A DNA stretch of 64,000 bases, taken from Candidatus Binatia bacterium. GTDB lineage: Bacteria > Desulfobacterota > Binatia > Bin18. Positions 1 to 11,500 of the stretch are shown here, piece by piece. Both the position numbers and the translations under genes were made by a program. Position 1 is the stretch's first letter, and each line of letters starts with the position of its first letter. Under the pieces are notes generated by a model. That model did not search any database, had not been told where the DNA came from, and saw only the letters and a list, made by a program, of their open reading frames with translations. The stretch is from positions 3,232,001 through 3,296,000 of the forward strand of contig OY761159.2 of NCBI GenBank assembly GCA_963664395.2, given 5' to 3'.

Positions 1-572
1 CGGTCGGCGGCGACAGCAATGTCGCCCGTCTGGTGAATGCCGACCGCACTATCGGACGAGGGGCTGAGGCCGAACTTGCATTGGCACTGACCCGCGGCCT
101 GCGCTTCACCGCCAGCGCCAGCTACAATTATACGCGGCTCGATGACCCTGGCCTGTTCATCCCTCCGTGCGGCTCGGGTTGTACGGTGACTGACTCGCCC
201 GGCCCGGTTCCGGGTACGGTCTCCGTTGATGGCAACCGCCTGCCCCAGGCTCCTCGCTGGATCGTGAATGTTGGCCTACACTACACCCGGGTGTTTGCCG
301 GCGGCTCCGCCCTGGTCATGTCCACCGATTGGGCCTACCGCAGCCGTATCAATTTTTTTCTGTACGAATCGCGCGAGTATCGTGACAACCACCTGCTTGA
401 AGGCGGGACCCGTGTGGCCTGGGTGTCGCCCGGTGGAGGGCTGGAGGTCGCGGCCTTTGGGCGCAACATTCTGAACGACACCTCCCCTGCCGGCGGCATC
501 GACTTCAACAACCTGACCGCCTACGTCAACGAGCCGTCCTATTGGGGCGTTGAAGCGATCGTGCGTTTCTGA
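1..572 (+). CDS. TonB-dependent receptor, C-terminal part (runs in from window start)
   Basis: Beta-barrel C-terminus ending ...WGVEAIVRF (terminal Phe); strongly similar to the C-terminus of the next gene. Confidence 0.9.
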   Translation, partial: VGGDSNVARLVNADRTIGRGAEAELALALTRGLRFTASASYNYTRLDDPGLFIPPCGSGCTVTDSPGPVPGTVSVDGNRLPQAPRWIVNVGLHYTRVFAGGSALVMSTDWAYRSRINFFLYESREYRDNHLLEGGTRVAWVSPGGGLEVAAFGRNILNDTSPAGGIDFNNLTAYVNEPSYWGVEAIVRF

Positions 573-621
573 CGGGCGGTATGACTCGGACCGGAGCCAC
601 GACACCGTGGAGGAGAAGAAG

Positions 622-2922
622 ATGCCGCCGTGCGACTCTACCCGACGCCTCGCGTCACTGCTGACCAGACCAGCGGTGACAGACTGCACGTGCAACGCCT
701 CCCGGACGGGCGTGCGCTGGCTTGGCGGGTGGATCGTGCTGCTGTGGGTCGTGCTGCTGCCGTCTCTCGTGACCGCTCAGCCGCAGCACGCGCTCGACGA
801 TATTACCGTCACCGCCCGTAAGCAGGAGCAACGCGCGTTCGATGTGCCGCTGTCGCTGTCCGTGCTCCAGGGCGAGGGGCTCGACCGGCTGCGCGCCTCG
901 GGCATGGATGTCCGTTTTCTGACCAACCGGACGCCCAGCCTCCAGGTCATGTCGGGCTTCGGACGCATCTATCCATATTTCTTTATTCGCGGTCTGGGCA
1001 ATACGGACTTCGACATGAATGCCTCCCAGCCGGTGTCGGTCATGCACGACGGCATCGTGCTGGAAAATCCGTGGCTCAAGGGACATCCCATCTTTGATGT
1101 CGAGCGGGTCGAGGTGCTGCGCGGGCCGCAGGGCACGCTGTTTGGGCGGAATACGCCGGCCGGTATCGTGAAGGTCGAATCGGCCCGGCCGACCTGGGAT
1201 GTCGAAGGCTACGGCCGGCTATCTTACGGTCGCTTCAACAGCGTCAATTTCGAGGGGGCGCTGTCCGGCCCGCTGATTCCGTCCGTCCTGGCGGCGCGCG
1301 CTTCTCTGCTGGTACAGCGCCGGAGCGACTGGATAGACAATACCTATACCGGCAAGAACAACGCCCTGGGCGGCTACGATGATATTGCCGGGCGCGTCCA
1401 GTTTGTATGGACACCGGGGGGGAATTTTTCCGGGCGGTTCAAGGTTCACGTCCGGGACTTTGACGGCAATGCACGGGTCTTCCGGGCGAATATACTCAGG
1501 CCGGGCCGGACTGGCTTACGCTCGGGTTTACGGCGCGACAAAACTGCTCAGGACGCTGGCAATCCGCAGTACCTGGCGAGCCACGGATTCGCCACCGAGC
1601 TGCACTATACGCTGGGTGAGTTCCGTCTGATCTCGCTGACCGGTGGAGACTGGCTGGACGGCAGATCGCGTGGCGACGTGGACGGTGGCTTTGGCGCGGT
1701 CTGGAGTCCGCCCAGCGGACCGGGTCTGATTCCGTTTCCAACCGAGACGGCCGACGGCCTCTCGGCTCTGCGCCAGTTGAGCCAGGAATTCCGCCTGGAA
1801 CACACGGCCTGGCAGCGCCTGGACTGGCGGGTGGGCTTCTTCTATTTCCACGAGGAACTCGACATCGAGGGCTTCAGCTACGACACCCTGGCCGGGAGTG
1901 TACAGAATGGCCGCATTCGCCAGGATCAACGCACCGAAGCCTGGGCGGTGTTTGCCGCCGCTACCTTCACCCTGACCGAGAACATCGAAATCGCCGCAGG
2001 CGTGCGCGTCTCCGAGGACGACAAGGAGTACGCGAGCGAGCGTCTTCAGTCGCCCATCGGCGCCGGTCCGCTCGGCCCGATCCGCAGGGCTCCCCGTGAC
2101 TTGGTGCCGAGCTGGGACCTGAGCCTGCGTTACCAGGTGACGCCTGGCGTTCAGCCTTATGTGCGGGTGGCCAGCAGCTTTCGGGCGCCCAGCATCCAGG
2201 GCCGGTTGCTGTTCGGAGACGAGGTAACCGTGGCCGACACCGAGGACGTCATATCGGTCGAGGTCGGCCTGAAGCTGCGCCTGTGGCAGCAGCGGCTCCA
2301 TCTGGACCTGGCGGCCTATCACTTCTGGATGCACGATCAACAGCTCACCGCGGGGAGTGGTGTGGACAACGCCAACCGGCTGCTGAACGCCGACCGCACC
2401 CTCGGACGGGGCATCGAGGCGGAGGGGGCGCTGGCCCTGGGCTATGGCCTGCACCTGACGGCCGGCCTGAGTTATAACTACACCCGGCTCGACGATCCTG
2501 GTCTGTTCGTTCAGCCGTGCGGCTCGGGCTGTACGGTCCTTGACCCGCCCGGCCCGGTTCCGGGTACGGTCTCCATTGACGGCAACCGTTTGCCTCAGGC
2601 TCCTCGCTGGATCGCCAACCTGAACCTGAGCTATACGCGCGTATTACCCGGCGGCGCGGCGCTGATCCTTGCGACCGACTGGGCGTATCGCAGTCGCATC
2701 AACTTTTTTCTGTACGAGTCGCGCGAGTTCCGCGACAATCAGCTGCTTGAGGGCGGCCTGCGCCTGTCCTGGCTGTCGGCCTCGGGCGGTCTGGAAGTGG
2801 CCGCCTTTGGCCGCAACATCCTGAACGACCTCTCGCCCACCGGCGGTCTCGACTTCAACAATCTGGCCGGCTTCGTCAACGAGCCGCCGGTGTGGGGTAT
2901 CGAGGCGGCGGTGCGTTTGTGA
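622..2922 (+). CDS. TonB-dependent receptor
   Basis: Signal peptide, TonB-box-like DDITVTARK, plug motif RVEVLRGPQGTLFGRNTPAG; ATG at 622 after GGAGGA (ORF track opens at 550). Confidence 0.93.
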   Translation: MPPCDSTRRLASLLTRPAVTDCTCNASRTGVRWLGGWIVLLWVVLLPSLVTAQPQHALDDITVTARKQEQRAFDVPLSLSVLQGEGLDRLRASGMDVRFLTNRTPSLQVMSGFGRIYPYFFIRGLGNTDFDMNASQPVSVMHDGIVLENPWLKGHPIFDVERVEVLRGPQGTLFGRNTPAGIVKVESARPTWDVEGYGRLSYGRFNSVNFEGALSGPLIPSVLAARASLLVQRRSDWIDNTYTGKNNALGGYDDIAGRVQFVWTPGGNFSGRFKVHVRDFDGNARVFRANILRPGRTGLRSGLRRDKTAQDAGNPQYLASHGFATELHYTLGEFRLISLTGGDWLDGRSRGDVDGGFGAVWSPPSGPGLIPFPTETADGLSALRQLSQEFRLEHTAWQRLDWRVGFFYFHEELDIEGFSYDTLAGSVQNGRIRQDQRTEAWAVFAAATFTLTENIEIAAGVRVSEDDKEYASERLQSPIGAGPLGPIRRAPRDLVPSWDLSLRYQVTPGVQPYVRVASSFRAPSIQGRLLFGDEVTVADTEDVISVEVGLKLRLWQQRLHLDLAAYHFWMHDQQLTAGSGVDNANRLLNADRTLGRGIEAEGALALGYGLHLTAGLSYNYTRLDDPGLFVQPCGSGCTVLDPPGPVPGTVSIDGNRLPQAPRWIANLNLSYTRVLPGGAALILATDWAYRSRINFFLYESREFRDNQLLEGGLRLSWLSASGGLEVAAFGRNILNDLSPTGGLDFNNLAGFVNEPPVWGIEAAVRL

Positions 2923-3010
2923 CGAGAGGTCAGACCTGGCTCTTGCGGTGTTGCCAAACGGTCCGGGCTCAGGCAAAACGAAGAGTATCTTACGGAAAAG
3001 GAGACAGGGC

Positions 3011-3292
3011 ATGATCTCATTGATTGCAAAGCTGACGATTCAAGAGGGCAAGGAGCAGGATTTTATTGACGCCATGAAGGACGTGGTTCCGGCGGTGCGT
3101 GATGAGCCTGGCAATAACGCCTATATTATGAATCGTTCAAAAGAAAATCCGAGCATGTTTGTGTTCTACGAAGAGTATACCGATCAGGCCGCTTTTGATG
3201 CCCATCGCAAACATCTGGGCGAACTCGGGGTTGACCTGGGGGCCATCCTTGCCGGCGCACCAACGCTCGAATTCTATGAGAAGGTCTACTAA
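3011..3292 (+). CDS. Antibiotic biosynthesis monooxygenase (ABM/YgiN-like) protein
   Basis: ~93 aa; motifs EPGN..Y and FVFYEEYTDQAAFDAH. Confidence 0.88.
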   Translation: MISLIAKLTIQEGKEQDFIDAMKDVVPAVRDEPGNNAYIMNRSKENPSMFVFYEEYTDQAAFDAHRKHLGELGVDLGAILAGAPTLEFYEKVY

Positions 3293-3344
3293 GGCGCGTT
3301 CTCCATCGGAGTAGCGTACCTATTGAGAAGGGGCACGGCAGATC

Positions 3345-4121
3345 GTGTCCCTTTTTTCGTTTGCTGGTATGAGTCGTGAATATTTCCTCATCCTGTGCGC
3401 TCTTGTCGGCCTGTCAATCCTGGCCTGGATTGTCGCGGTGCAGCATATGGGCGGGATGGGATATGCGTTGGTGACGGGCAGCATGACCATGGGCATGCCC
3501 TTCTCTGTCACGCATATGCTGCTGTATATCGTCCTGTGGGGAGTCATGATGGTGGCCATGATGTTTCCTGCCATTGTCCCGGTTGCCGGGATATTTGCCA
3601 CCATGGCCAGACAAAGACGGGAACAACAGCTTCCGTCTACGCCGGTCTGGGTGTTTGTGTCGGGCTATGCGCTGCTGTGGACGCTCACGGGCAGCGTTGG
3701 CTATGCCGCGGACTTGACGATGCAGACCTTACCGGCTCGCTTTCCCATGCTGAAGACCTACAATATGCTCATCAGCGGCGCATTGCTGATTGTTGCGGGC
3801 CTCTATCAACTGACTCCACTCAAAGACCGCTGCTTAGCGCACTGCCGCTCGCCTTTTGCGTTTCTGATGGCACACTGGCGCGACGGATATGGAGGCGCCT
3901 TTCAGATGGGTGTGGCTCATGGGCTGTATTGCCTCGCCTGTTGCTGGAGCCTGATGATGGTCATGTTTATCATGGGGACGATGAATCTGGTGTGGATGGG
4001 GTTTTTGGCCATTGCCATCTTTTTTGAAAAGAGCTTGCCCGCGGGTCCGACGTTCGGACGTGGGGTCGGGACTGCTTTGATTGTGCTGGGTATTGCGTTG
4101 AGTACAGGAATGCTTGTGTAG
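3345..4121 (+). CDS. DUF2182-like metal-binding integral membrane protein
   Basis: WGVMMVAMMFP, YQLTPLKDRCLAHCRSP, YCLACCWSLM motifs; multiple TM segments. Confidence 0.88.
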   Translation: MSLFSFAGMSREYFLILCALVGLSILAWIVAVQHMGGMGYALVTGSMTMGMPFSVTHMLLYIVLWGVMMVAMMFPAIVPVAGIFATMARQRREQQLPSTPVWVFVSGYALLWTLTGSVGYAADLTMQTLPARFPMLKTYNMLISGALLIVAGLYQLTPLKDRCLAHCRSPFAFLMAHWRDGYGGAFQMGVAHGLYCLACCWSLMMVMFIMGTMNLVWMGFLAIAIFFEKSLPAGPTFGRGVGTALIVLGIALSTGMLV

Positions 4122-4160
4122 TGTTGAGATGAAAAGCCACACCAAGAATGAGGGACTCGC

Positions 4161-4616
4161 ATGATGCTCGAAATTGACCCGCAGGCGAAACAGGGTGTCC
4201 AACTCGGTCCGGTGACGGTGACCGCCAAGGATATTCAATCCTTCGCCGAGGCGATGGGCGATCTGAACCCACTGTATACGGACGTTGAGGCGGCGCGCGC
4301 CGCGGGCTATCCGGATGTCATTGCCCCCCCAATGTTTTGTATGCGAATGCGCGGCGGTACAATGCTCCCCGAGGTGCCGCTCCCGTCCGGCTTGATGAGT
4401 CTGCACGCGGGACAGGAAATCGAATTTCACGCCGAGATTATTGCCGGGCAAACCTATACCATTACCTCACGTGTGGCCGATGTGTATGAAAAAACAGGTC
4501 GGAGCGGCCCCATGGAGATCATTGTTCGGGAGTCGACGATTACGGACACCGAGGGGCGAACTATCGTGACGATCCGCGAGCGACAAATCGTGCGCTCACC
4601 GGAAAAGAAAATCTAG
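4161..4616 (+). CDS. MaoC-like (hot-dog) dehydratase
   Basis: FAEAMGDLNPLYTD..AAR..GY..VIAPP, HAGQEIEF, EKTGRSG. Confidence 0.85.
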   Translation: MMLEIDPQAKQGVQLGPVTVTAKDIQSFAEAMGDLNPLYTDVEAARAAGYPDVIAPPMFCMRMRGGTMLPEVPLPSGLMSLHAGQEIEFHAEIIAGQTYTITSRVADVYEKTGRSGPMEIIVRESTITDTEGRTIVTIRERQIVRSPEKKI

Positions 4617-4619
4617 CCA

Positions 4620-5594
4620 ATGCGTATCAGTTTAGACCCCTGGGGCGGCGATTACGGCAGCCAGATTTCGACATCACAAGCGGTCGATGAGGAGCAGCTC
4701 TCCGCCCAAGTGACAGGTCAGCAGGTTGAGGCCGGTGCGTGGCAGCCCCGGACACCGACCCCTGAGAATATGCCGAACATGACCGTGGTGATTGACGGCG
4801 TCATGCGGGTTGATGCACCCGCGGTCCTGAGTGACGCCGAATCCCGCTTCCTGGCGCTGTTCGGATCGTATGCAGCCGGGGCGGTTGTCATCGATCGCCG
4901 CGTCGAGATTATCGAAGAACAGCTCGACCGCCTTTTTATTGTCGGCGGGAAGCAATCCGGACCGGATGTGACGGTTGCGGCAGGGACGGGTGGAAAGATT
5001 CCGATGCGCTACCGGAGTGTCAGTGCCTCAGACCCGGCGCCGGACGCGTTACGCGAAAGCCTGATGACCCAGATGCGACAGGCGGAGATCGATGTGGCGC
5101 GAAAACTGTCAGGTGATGAACGTCTCATTCTTGCGGACGGCAATTTAACTTTTTTGAGTGACAGCTCCTCAGTCGTTGGGGTCATCAAGACTATTCAACG
5201 TATGTATCTCGCACCTCAGGAAGCAAAAATTTTAGAACGGCTCCAGCCGGGGGAACGGACGCCGTTGTTTCAGTTTTCCGGCAGCAGCAAACGCAGGAGT
5301 TTTGAAGTGTTCACCTGTTATCTGCGCCTGGTGAACCCCCGCCCGATTGAGCATCCCTTTACCGGCATGGTGCGTCTGGAAGTGAAAGCCGGGCTGGGTA
5401 TTCAGAAGGCGGTCTCCCTGTTGGATCAAGCTGCCAGTGCCGTGTCGGCTTTAGCCTCGCGGGCGCCAAAAGACCCCCGCGCGCCACAAAACTTAATTCC
5501 CATTGGTGGATTGGAGCGACGCTTGCGGCATCGCCTCGGCGACCCCAAGCTGGTACGTCGCTGTATTGAGAAAGCCTTATTGAATCAGATATAG
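4620..5594 (+). CDS. nurA: NurA-family nuclease
   Basis: N-terminal LDPWG, IDGVMRVD, LADG, GVIKT, DPRAPQNLIPIGGLERRLRHRLGD; directly upstream of herA. Confidence 0.82.
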   Translation: MRISLDPWGGDYGSQISTSQAVDEEQLSAQVTGQQVEAGAWQPRTPTPENMPNMTVVIDGVMRVDAPAVLSDAESRFLALFGSYAAGAVVIDRRVEIIEEQLDRLFIVGGKQSGPDVTVAAGTGGKIPMRYRSVSASDPAPDALRESLMTQMRQAEIDVARKLSGDERLILADGNLTFLSDSSSVVGVIKTIQRMYLAPQEAKILERLQPGERTPLFQFSGSSKRRSFEVFTCYLRLVNPRPIEHPFTGMVRLEVKAGLGIQKAVSLLDQAASAVSALASRAPKDPRAPQNLIPIGGLERRLRHRLGDPKLVRRCIEKALLNQI

Positions 5595-5613
5595 CCGAAC
5601 CAAAGGAGGCTGC

Positions 5614-7305
5614 ATGGGCAGAGTTATCGGGACGCAGGATGCTACTCCGCTCGAATTCTGGGTCTTGCTTGACCCCGGCGAGGCCGTTCAGGTCGATGAC
5701 GCCATCGTGGTTGAAACCGCAGCGCCCAACGGGCCGCTCAAGCTATTCGGCATGGTCGATATCGTGCGCTCGCGTCATCAAGGCTCAACGTTTGACTCTG
5801 ACGTGGTTGAGGCCGAACGCGGCCTGCCGGTCGAACTCTCCATTGCCGCGCATGTCAGAGTGACCCGTTTGATGCCGGAGTATTATTATCCGCCGATGCC
5901 GGGCGACACGGTCCGCGTGGTCACTGGTGAGGAATTTGCCCAAGCCCTGTTCATGGACACGATGGTGCACAAGTTTCCGATTGGCCTCTCTCTGTCCGGC
6001 AAAGAGGTCGTGTACGGCAACCTTGACTTTCTGAATGGGCGCAAGGGTGCGCATATGAATATCAGCGGTGTGTCCGGCATTGCGACCAAGACCACGTATG
6101 CGACGTTCTTGCTGCACAGCTTGCTGCACTGCGGGCAGCTGACGGATGCGAAAAATACGCATGCCATTGTTTTCAATGTCAAAGGCGAAGACCTCTTATT
6201 TCTGGACAAAGCCAGTAACGCCATTGCTCTCGAAGACGAAGCCCTCTACGGGCAACTGGGCTTGCCGGCGGAGCCGTTTGATTCGGTCCAATTCTATGTC
6301 CCGCCGACAGAAAACGCGCGCGGACCGATCATGCCCAAGGTCAGCTCTCGCAAGGCAGACGAAGTCACGCCTTATTTTTGGACCGTGCGTGATTTCTGTC
6401 GGCAGCGCTTGCTGCGCTATCTGTTCTCTGAGGGAGGGGAGGATGCCTCGCTGCTCTCAACGTTGATCTACCAAGTCGAGCGCAAGCTTATTGAAGCGGC
6501 TGAAGACGCGGACAAAGACGGTCCCGGTCCAGGAGTGTTTCTGCAATTTGGCAAAGAAGACGCAGAGGCGGCTGGCAGCCCTCCGACCGAGATTCGCGAT
6601 TTCCCGACGTTGCTTCGGGCGATGGAAGCTCTGGCGAGTTCGACCAACCATTCGACCGGCACGGTTGGCGCGTTCATGCGCCGTCTGTACGGTGCGGAGG
6701 ATAAGGTCTCGTATATTGTCCGCGACCCGGTAGACTCCGATGCCACCCAACACACCATCAATTGGCGCAACAAACAAGTGACCGTGGTCAGTCTGAATGG
6801 GCTTTACGAGGTGGGCAAGAGCTTTGTGGTCGGCTCGGTGTTGCAACAGATTCAGGAAGAAAAAGAGGCGACCGGGTCGGCCGAACCCCTGTGCTTTATC
6901 GTCGTGGATGAGCTCAACCGCTATGCTCCGCGCGATGGCTGGTCACCTATTCGAGAACGGCTGCTTGAAATCGCCGAGCGCGGACGTTCCAGTGGGACGA
7001 TTCTGATCGGCGCGCAACAAACCGCATCCGAGGTGGAGCGCCGTATTGTCGCCAATCCCGCTTTTAGGATTGTCGGTCGGCTGGATGCCGCTGAAGCCGA
7101 ACGGGCTGAGTACGGTTTTTTACCTCCAACCTTGCGCAAGCGGGCTGCCATTCTCACCTCCGGGCGGATGATCGTGTCTCAGCCTGACATCCCAACCCCG
7201 GTCCCGATTCTATTTCCTATGCCAGCCTGGGCGACCCGGGCGGATGAACAGAAACTGCCGCCCCCTAATTTGAAGCTGTCCCGAATCAGGGAAAGTGAGT
7301 ATTAG
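5614..7305 (+). CDS. herA: HerA-family ATPase/helicase (HAS barrel + DUF87)
   Basis: N-terminal HAS barrel, variant Walker A GVSGIATKT, Walker B IVVDELNRYAP, ERGRS.G..LIGAQQ. Confidence 0.88.
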   Translation: MGRVIGTQDATPLEFWVLLDPGEAVQVDDAIVVETAAPNGPLKLFGMVDIVRSRHQGSTFDSDVVEAERGLPVELSIAAHVRVTRLMPEYYYPPMPGDTVRVVTGEEFAQALFMDTMVHKFPIGLSLSGKEVVYGNLDFLNGRKGAHMNISGVSGIATKTTYATFLLHSLLHCGQLTDAKNTHAIVFNVKGEDLLFLDKASNAIALEDEALYGQLGLPAEPFDSVQFYVPPTENARGPIMPKVSSRKADEVTPYFWTVRDFCRQRLLRYLFSEGGEDASLLSTLIYQVERKLIEAAEDADKDGPGPGVFLQFGKEDAEAAGSPPTEIRDFPTLLRAMEALASSTNHSTGTVGAFMRRLYGAEDKVSYIVRDPVDSDATQHTINWRNKQVTVVSLNGLYEVGKSFVVGSVLQQIQEEKEATGSAEPLCFIVVDELNRYAPRDGWSPIRERLLEIAERGRSSGTILIGAQQTASEVERRIVANPAFRIVGRLDAAEAERAEYGFLPPTLRKRAAILTSGRMIVSQPDIPTPVPILFPMPAWATRADEQKLPPPNLKLSRIRESEY

Positions 7306-7319
7306 GAAACGATACGGAC

Positions 7320-8498
7320 ATGAAGTTTCTCCACACCTCAGATTGGCATGTGGGCCGGACTATCCGCAATCGTTCTCGCATGGACGAGCACCGGGCTGTG
7401 TTCGCTGAGATCGTTGAGATTGCCAAGCGCGAACAGGTCGATGCGGTTCTCGTCACTGGAGACGTTTTTCACGAGCGGCGTCCGCCTCTTGCTGCGGAGG
7501 AACTGGTGGCGCGCACACTGGCGCAACTCGCCCGCGAAAACATCGTATCCGTCGTCATTCCCGGCAATCATGACGACGCTGCCCGGCTGCGTACCTTGAA
7601 ACCCATGGGTGATTTGCTCCAGGTGCATATGATGACGGATGTGAGTGAAGACCCCTCGGATCTCATTGTTGCCATTCCCCAGCGGACTGGAGGGGAGCAG
7701 GCGCTGGTGGGTTGTTTGCCCTACCTGCATCCCCACCAAGTCCTGCCCGCGGCCGCAGGGACCGACAAAAGTGAGAATAAACGCCTGAGTATCTATCAGG
7801 ATAAGGTGCAGGAGTATCTGCGTGCCTTGGAAGAATCGATGCGACGGATGGATAGCAATGCGGTGTCCGTCGTGCTGGCCCATGCTCATATTTCAGGCAC
7901 GGAGTTTGGTGGGGGTGAATGGCGCTCAAGTGTATTCCCTGTCAGTCCTGGGATTTTACCCAGTCAGGTGCACTATGTGGCTCTGGGGCATATGCATCAG
8001 CCCCAAAAAGTGTCCGGGACACAGGCGCAGACGCGCTATGCCGGATCGATCCTGCAAATGGACTTTGGCGAGCGGGGCCAACAAAAAAGTGTGTGTCTCA
8101 TTGAGGCGCATCCGGGGAAACCCGCGGAAGTCTCGCCGATTGAGCTGACCACAGGAAAAGCGCTGCTGCGCCGGACGGGAACAGCCGAGGAGATACTGTC
8201 GCAGGCGGAAGAATTCACCAATGCCTGGGTTGAAGTCGTCTTACAGCCGGCGGGCCAAACGTCCGAGCTGATCGAACGCATACGGGCTTTGCCTGAGGTT
8301 GTGTCGCTTCGGTTCGAAGACACGCAAACGAGAGGCTCGGTAAGCGGAGCGGTACACAACCCGAGTGAGCGACCCGCGGCAGAGCTTTTTACCGACTATT
8401 ACAAGTCAAAACGTGGCGCGGAGCCCGAGCCTCAACTCGTGGCCCTGTTTGAGCGACTGTATCAGGAGGTCAGCACCGCGCGGGACGAGCCGGTATAA
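7320..8498 (+). CDS. sbcD: SbcD/Mre11 nuclease
   Basis: HTSDWHVG, GDVF, GNHD, LAHAH, YVALGHMH, YAGS phosphoesterase motifs. Confidence 0.95.
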   Translation: MKFLHTSDWHVGRTIRNRSRMDEHRAVFAEIVEIAKREQVDAVLVTGDVFHERRPPLAAEELVARTLAQLARENIVSVVIPGNHDDAARLRTLKPMGDLLQVHMMTDVSEDPSDLIVAIPQRTGGEQALVGCLPYLHPHQVLPAAAGTDKSENKRLSIYQDKVQEYLRALEESMRRMDSNAVSVVLAHAHISGTEFGGGEWRSSVFPVSPGILPSQVHYVALGHMHQPQKVSGTQAQTRYAGSILQMDFGERGQQKSVCLIEAHPGKPAEVSPIELTTGKALLRRTGTAEEILSQAEEFTNAWVEVVLQPAGQTSELIERIRALPEVVSLRFEDTQTRGSVSGAVHNPSERPAAELFTDYYKSKRGAEPEPQLVALFERLYQEVSTARDEPV

Positions 8499-8538
8499 GT
8501 GCAGGCCAACCCCGAACCCCCAATCCCCTATCAAAGTC

Positions 8539-11500
8539 ATGCGTCCACAAAAACTCAGTCTCAAAAATTTCATGCCCTTTCGGGTGACAGGAGATCAGGT
8601 CCACGAAGTTGACTTTTCGCAACTTGACCTCTTCTCCATCACCGGACCCATGGCCAGTGGAAAGTCTGCGCTGATCGACGCTATTGTGTGGTGCCTGTAT
8701 GGCCGCACGGCCCGGTATGGGTCAGATTCAAAAGGTGTGATCTCAACCGGTGAGAATACGTGCGAAGTTGCGCTCGACTTCACTATTGGCGAGCGGTGGT
8801 TCCGAGCGGTTCGTAGAACGGGCAAAATTACAGATTCCGGTCTCAGCGAACGCGAAGGCGAAGAGTGGATACAAGATAAATCCGGGTCCGCGCTACTCAC
8901 CAAGCGCATTGAAGAACTCTTGGGTCTCGATTTTGACAGCTTCACCAAAACCGTCATTTTACCCCAAGGCCGCTACGCCGAGTTTCTGACCAGTGAGCCG
9001 AGCAAGCGACGTGAGCTGCTGGCTAAAATTTTAGAACTTGGCGTATACGCGCGCGTGGCCGACCAGGCCAAACTTGTTGCCGGTCAAGCCAGAACCCGGG
9101 CCGAAACCCTGCGTGAAACCTTGGCCCAATACGCCGGGTTGAGTCAGGACCACATTGCTCTTCAGAAAGAAGAGCTTTCCAAACTCATACGACACATTGA
9201 ACAAATCGCTCAGCAAGAGCAACTATTGCAAGGTGTGGCCCAACACGTCGATCAAGTAGCCGGCTTGCGAAGGCGTGTCGCTGAGCTTCAGACAGAAGTG
9301 CAGGCGCGTCATCAAGAGAAAGAGCTGGCGCAAAAGAAGGCCGATGAGGTCACTGTCCAGGGTGCTGGACTGGCCAATGAATTAGCAAAGATCGGTCAAG
9401 AACGAGAAGCGCTGGGATATGATGCGGCGCGACACGAGGTCGTCAAACGGGCCGTTGCCCATCTCAACGCATGGGCCGGGGCTCAAAAGGAAGCCGACCG
9501 GAAAAACGCCGAACGGACCGCTGTCCAGGGAGAAGTTGATACCCTTATTCAACAGATCGCAGCACACACGCGCCAAGTCGAACAGGCGCGGTCTCGGTAT
9601 CAGTCTCACACTGCCGGGTTTGAGCAGCTTGTTGCCGAAGCGGGCAACGTGGCCGCGCTGACGGAAAAGCTCGGTGCGGCAAAACGCTGGAAAGAGCTGC
9701 AACAGGAACAGCAGCGACTCACCGCTCGGATAGATTCCCTGCGTCAAAAACAAACCTCGACCCAACACACTCTGGATGACCTGAAACAGCAGGAAGTGAA
9801 CCACGAGCAGACCGCCCGGGAATTGAAAGAAAAACTCGACCGCGCAAAAGAAGACGAGCAGCAAAAACGCCAACTGCGGGCTGAAGCTGAGCTCCTTGGC
9901 CGAGAACTGCAAGAGGCGGCCAAAGGAGAGAAACGGGTTCAATCTGAATGCGAGACTGCTGGTACTGCGCTTACCAAAGCCGAACACACGGTGCAGCACG
10001 TCCGGCCCGCGCTCGCCCAGGCCGAAGCGCAAGAGCAAGCGGCCCGCACCGCGCTTGAGGACAACCAACGTCGGCACGAAGCCGTACATCTACGCGCGAC
10101 GCTTCACGTCGGCGACGCCTGCCCTGTGTGTCAGACGATTGTCAGCGAAATTCTCGCTGTTCAAGAAGCGGGGGACGACCTGAAGATGCGTCAGGCTCAA
10201 ATGGAACGTGCCAAACAGACCGCTGAGCAAAGACGCAAAGAAGCGCAGGAAGCAAGCGCTGCTGTTGCCGCACGACAGGCGAAGCGTGATGCTGCGGAGC
10301 AGGAGCTTAAAGAACGCGTCCGCGTCCGGCAAGAAGTCCAAGACCGATTCGTGTCACGTTTCCCTGGCTATGCGTCTCTGTCCGAAGCGCTCGGTGCTTT
10401 ACAGGCCCAACAAAAAGAGCTGGGCGCAACGCTCAAAGACGTTGCAGTCCGGACGGCGTCCGCCGAGCAGGCAAAAGTGAACCTGGTACGCCAACGTGAA
10501 ACCGTGCAACAAGAAGAGGCAAAGCTGGGTGAAGCGCTGCGAGGGACAACCGAAAGGCTGGACACCGATACACGTCAGTTAGAAGTGCTTGGTCGTGAGA
10601 TTGCAGCGTTTCTCACCCCGCATGAAGACCCCGAGCAGAGTGTGGCCCAACGCCGGACTATGGTGACGCAGGCTGAGCAACAGATGAAAGAGTCAGAGAA
10701 AGTCTTACGTCAGGCAGAATCGGCCCTCAACTCGCTGAACACAACGCAAGCCCGAAAAGAGGGCGACCTCAAAGTGCTCGCCTCTCAACATGAAACTGCG
10801 CTAGGACGATCAGATCGCGAAGCGCAAGCCGCCCGAGCCTGCCTTGGGCTGGCGGAAGACGCGTCTCTGCCAAAGACCGAAGAAATAGAGGGCGAACTCA
10901 ACGCACTGTCACACAAGCAAACCCAGCACGCAGATTTGTCGCAGCGCGAAGAAAAAGTGCAGGCCCGGCGAGCACAGGCCGAACGTCAGGCCGCCGAGTC
11001 GCACGCCGACCTTCAAGCCCGGATGCGCATGTTGGAAGAATCGCAGCAGAAGCAGCGGCAGGCTCAGAGCAGGCTCGAAAAAGAACGGGAAGAGCTTCAG
11101 GCGGCGATTGCACAACACAACTTCGCTAACGCCGGCGAGGACGGAGAGCATATCAAACCACAACTTGAAGCTGTCCGAGGGCGAATGATGTCTCTCCAAG
11201 AACACCGCGGGCGTTTAGAGGCTGAACAGACCGAAGCCGAACGCCGCTGGCAGGAGAAAGAGCAAGAAGAAGAAAAGCTGCACGCCACAGAAACCGAAGA
11301 GCGTTTGGCCTCGGACCTGCGCAAGCTCCTGGGTTCGGAGTTTACTGACTTTCTTTCGCGTGGAGCCATAGAGGCCCTGATGCACGATGCGTCCGGCCAC
11401 CTGCACCGTCTCACCCACGGGCGGTATACGTTTGACATTGCGTATCGTGGGCGGGCCATTGCGCTTCAAATTGTTGACCACGAAGATCAACGCCGCGCCC

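Noticed and set aside
8527-8535. Half-site CCTATCAAA before sbcC
   Set aside because: Right arm TGATAG is absent; likely chance
8365-8538. N-terminal extension of sbcC in the ORF track
   Set aside because: Overlaps sbcD; SbcC similarity starts at MRPQKL (8539)
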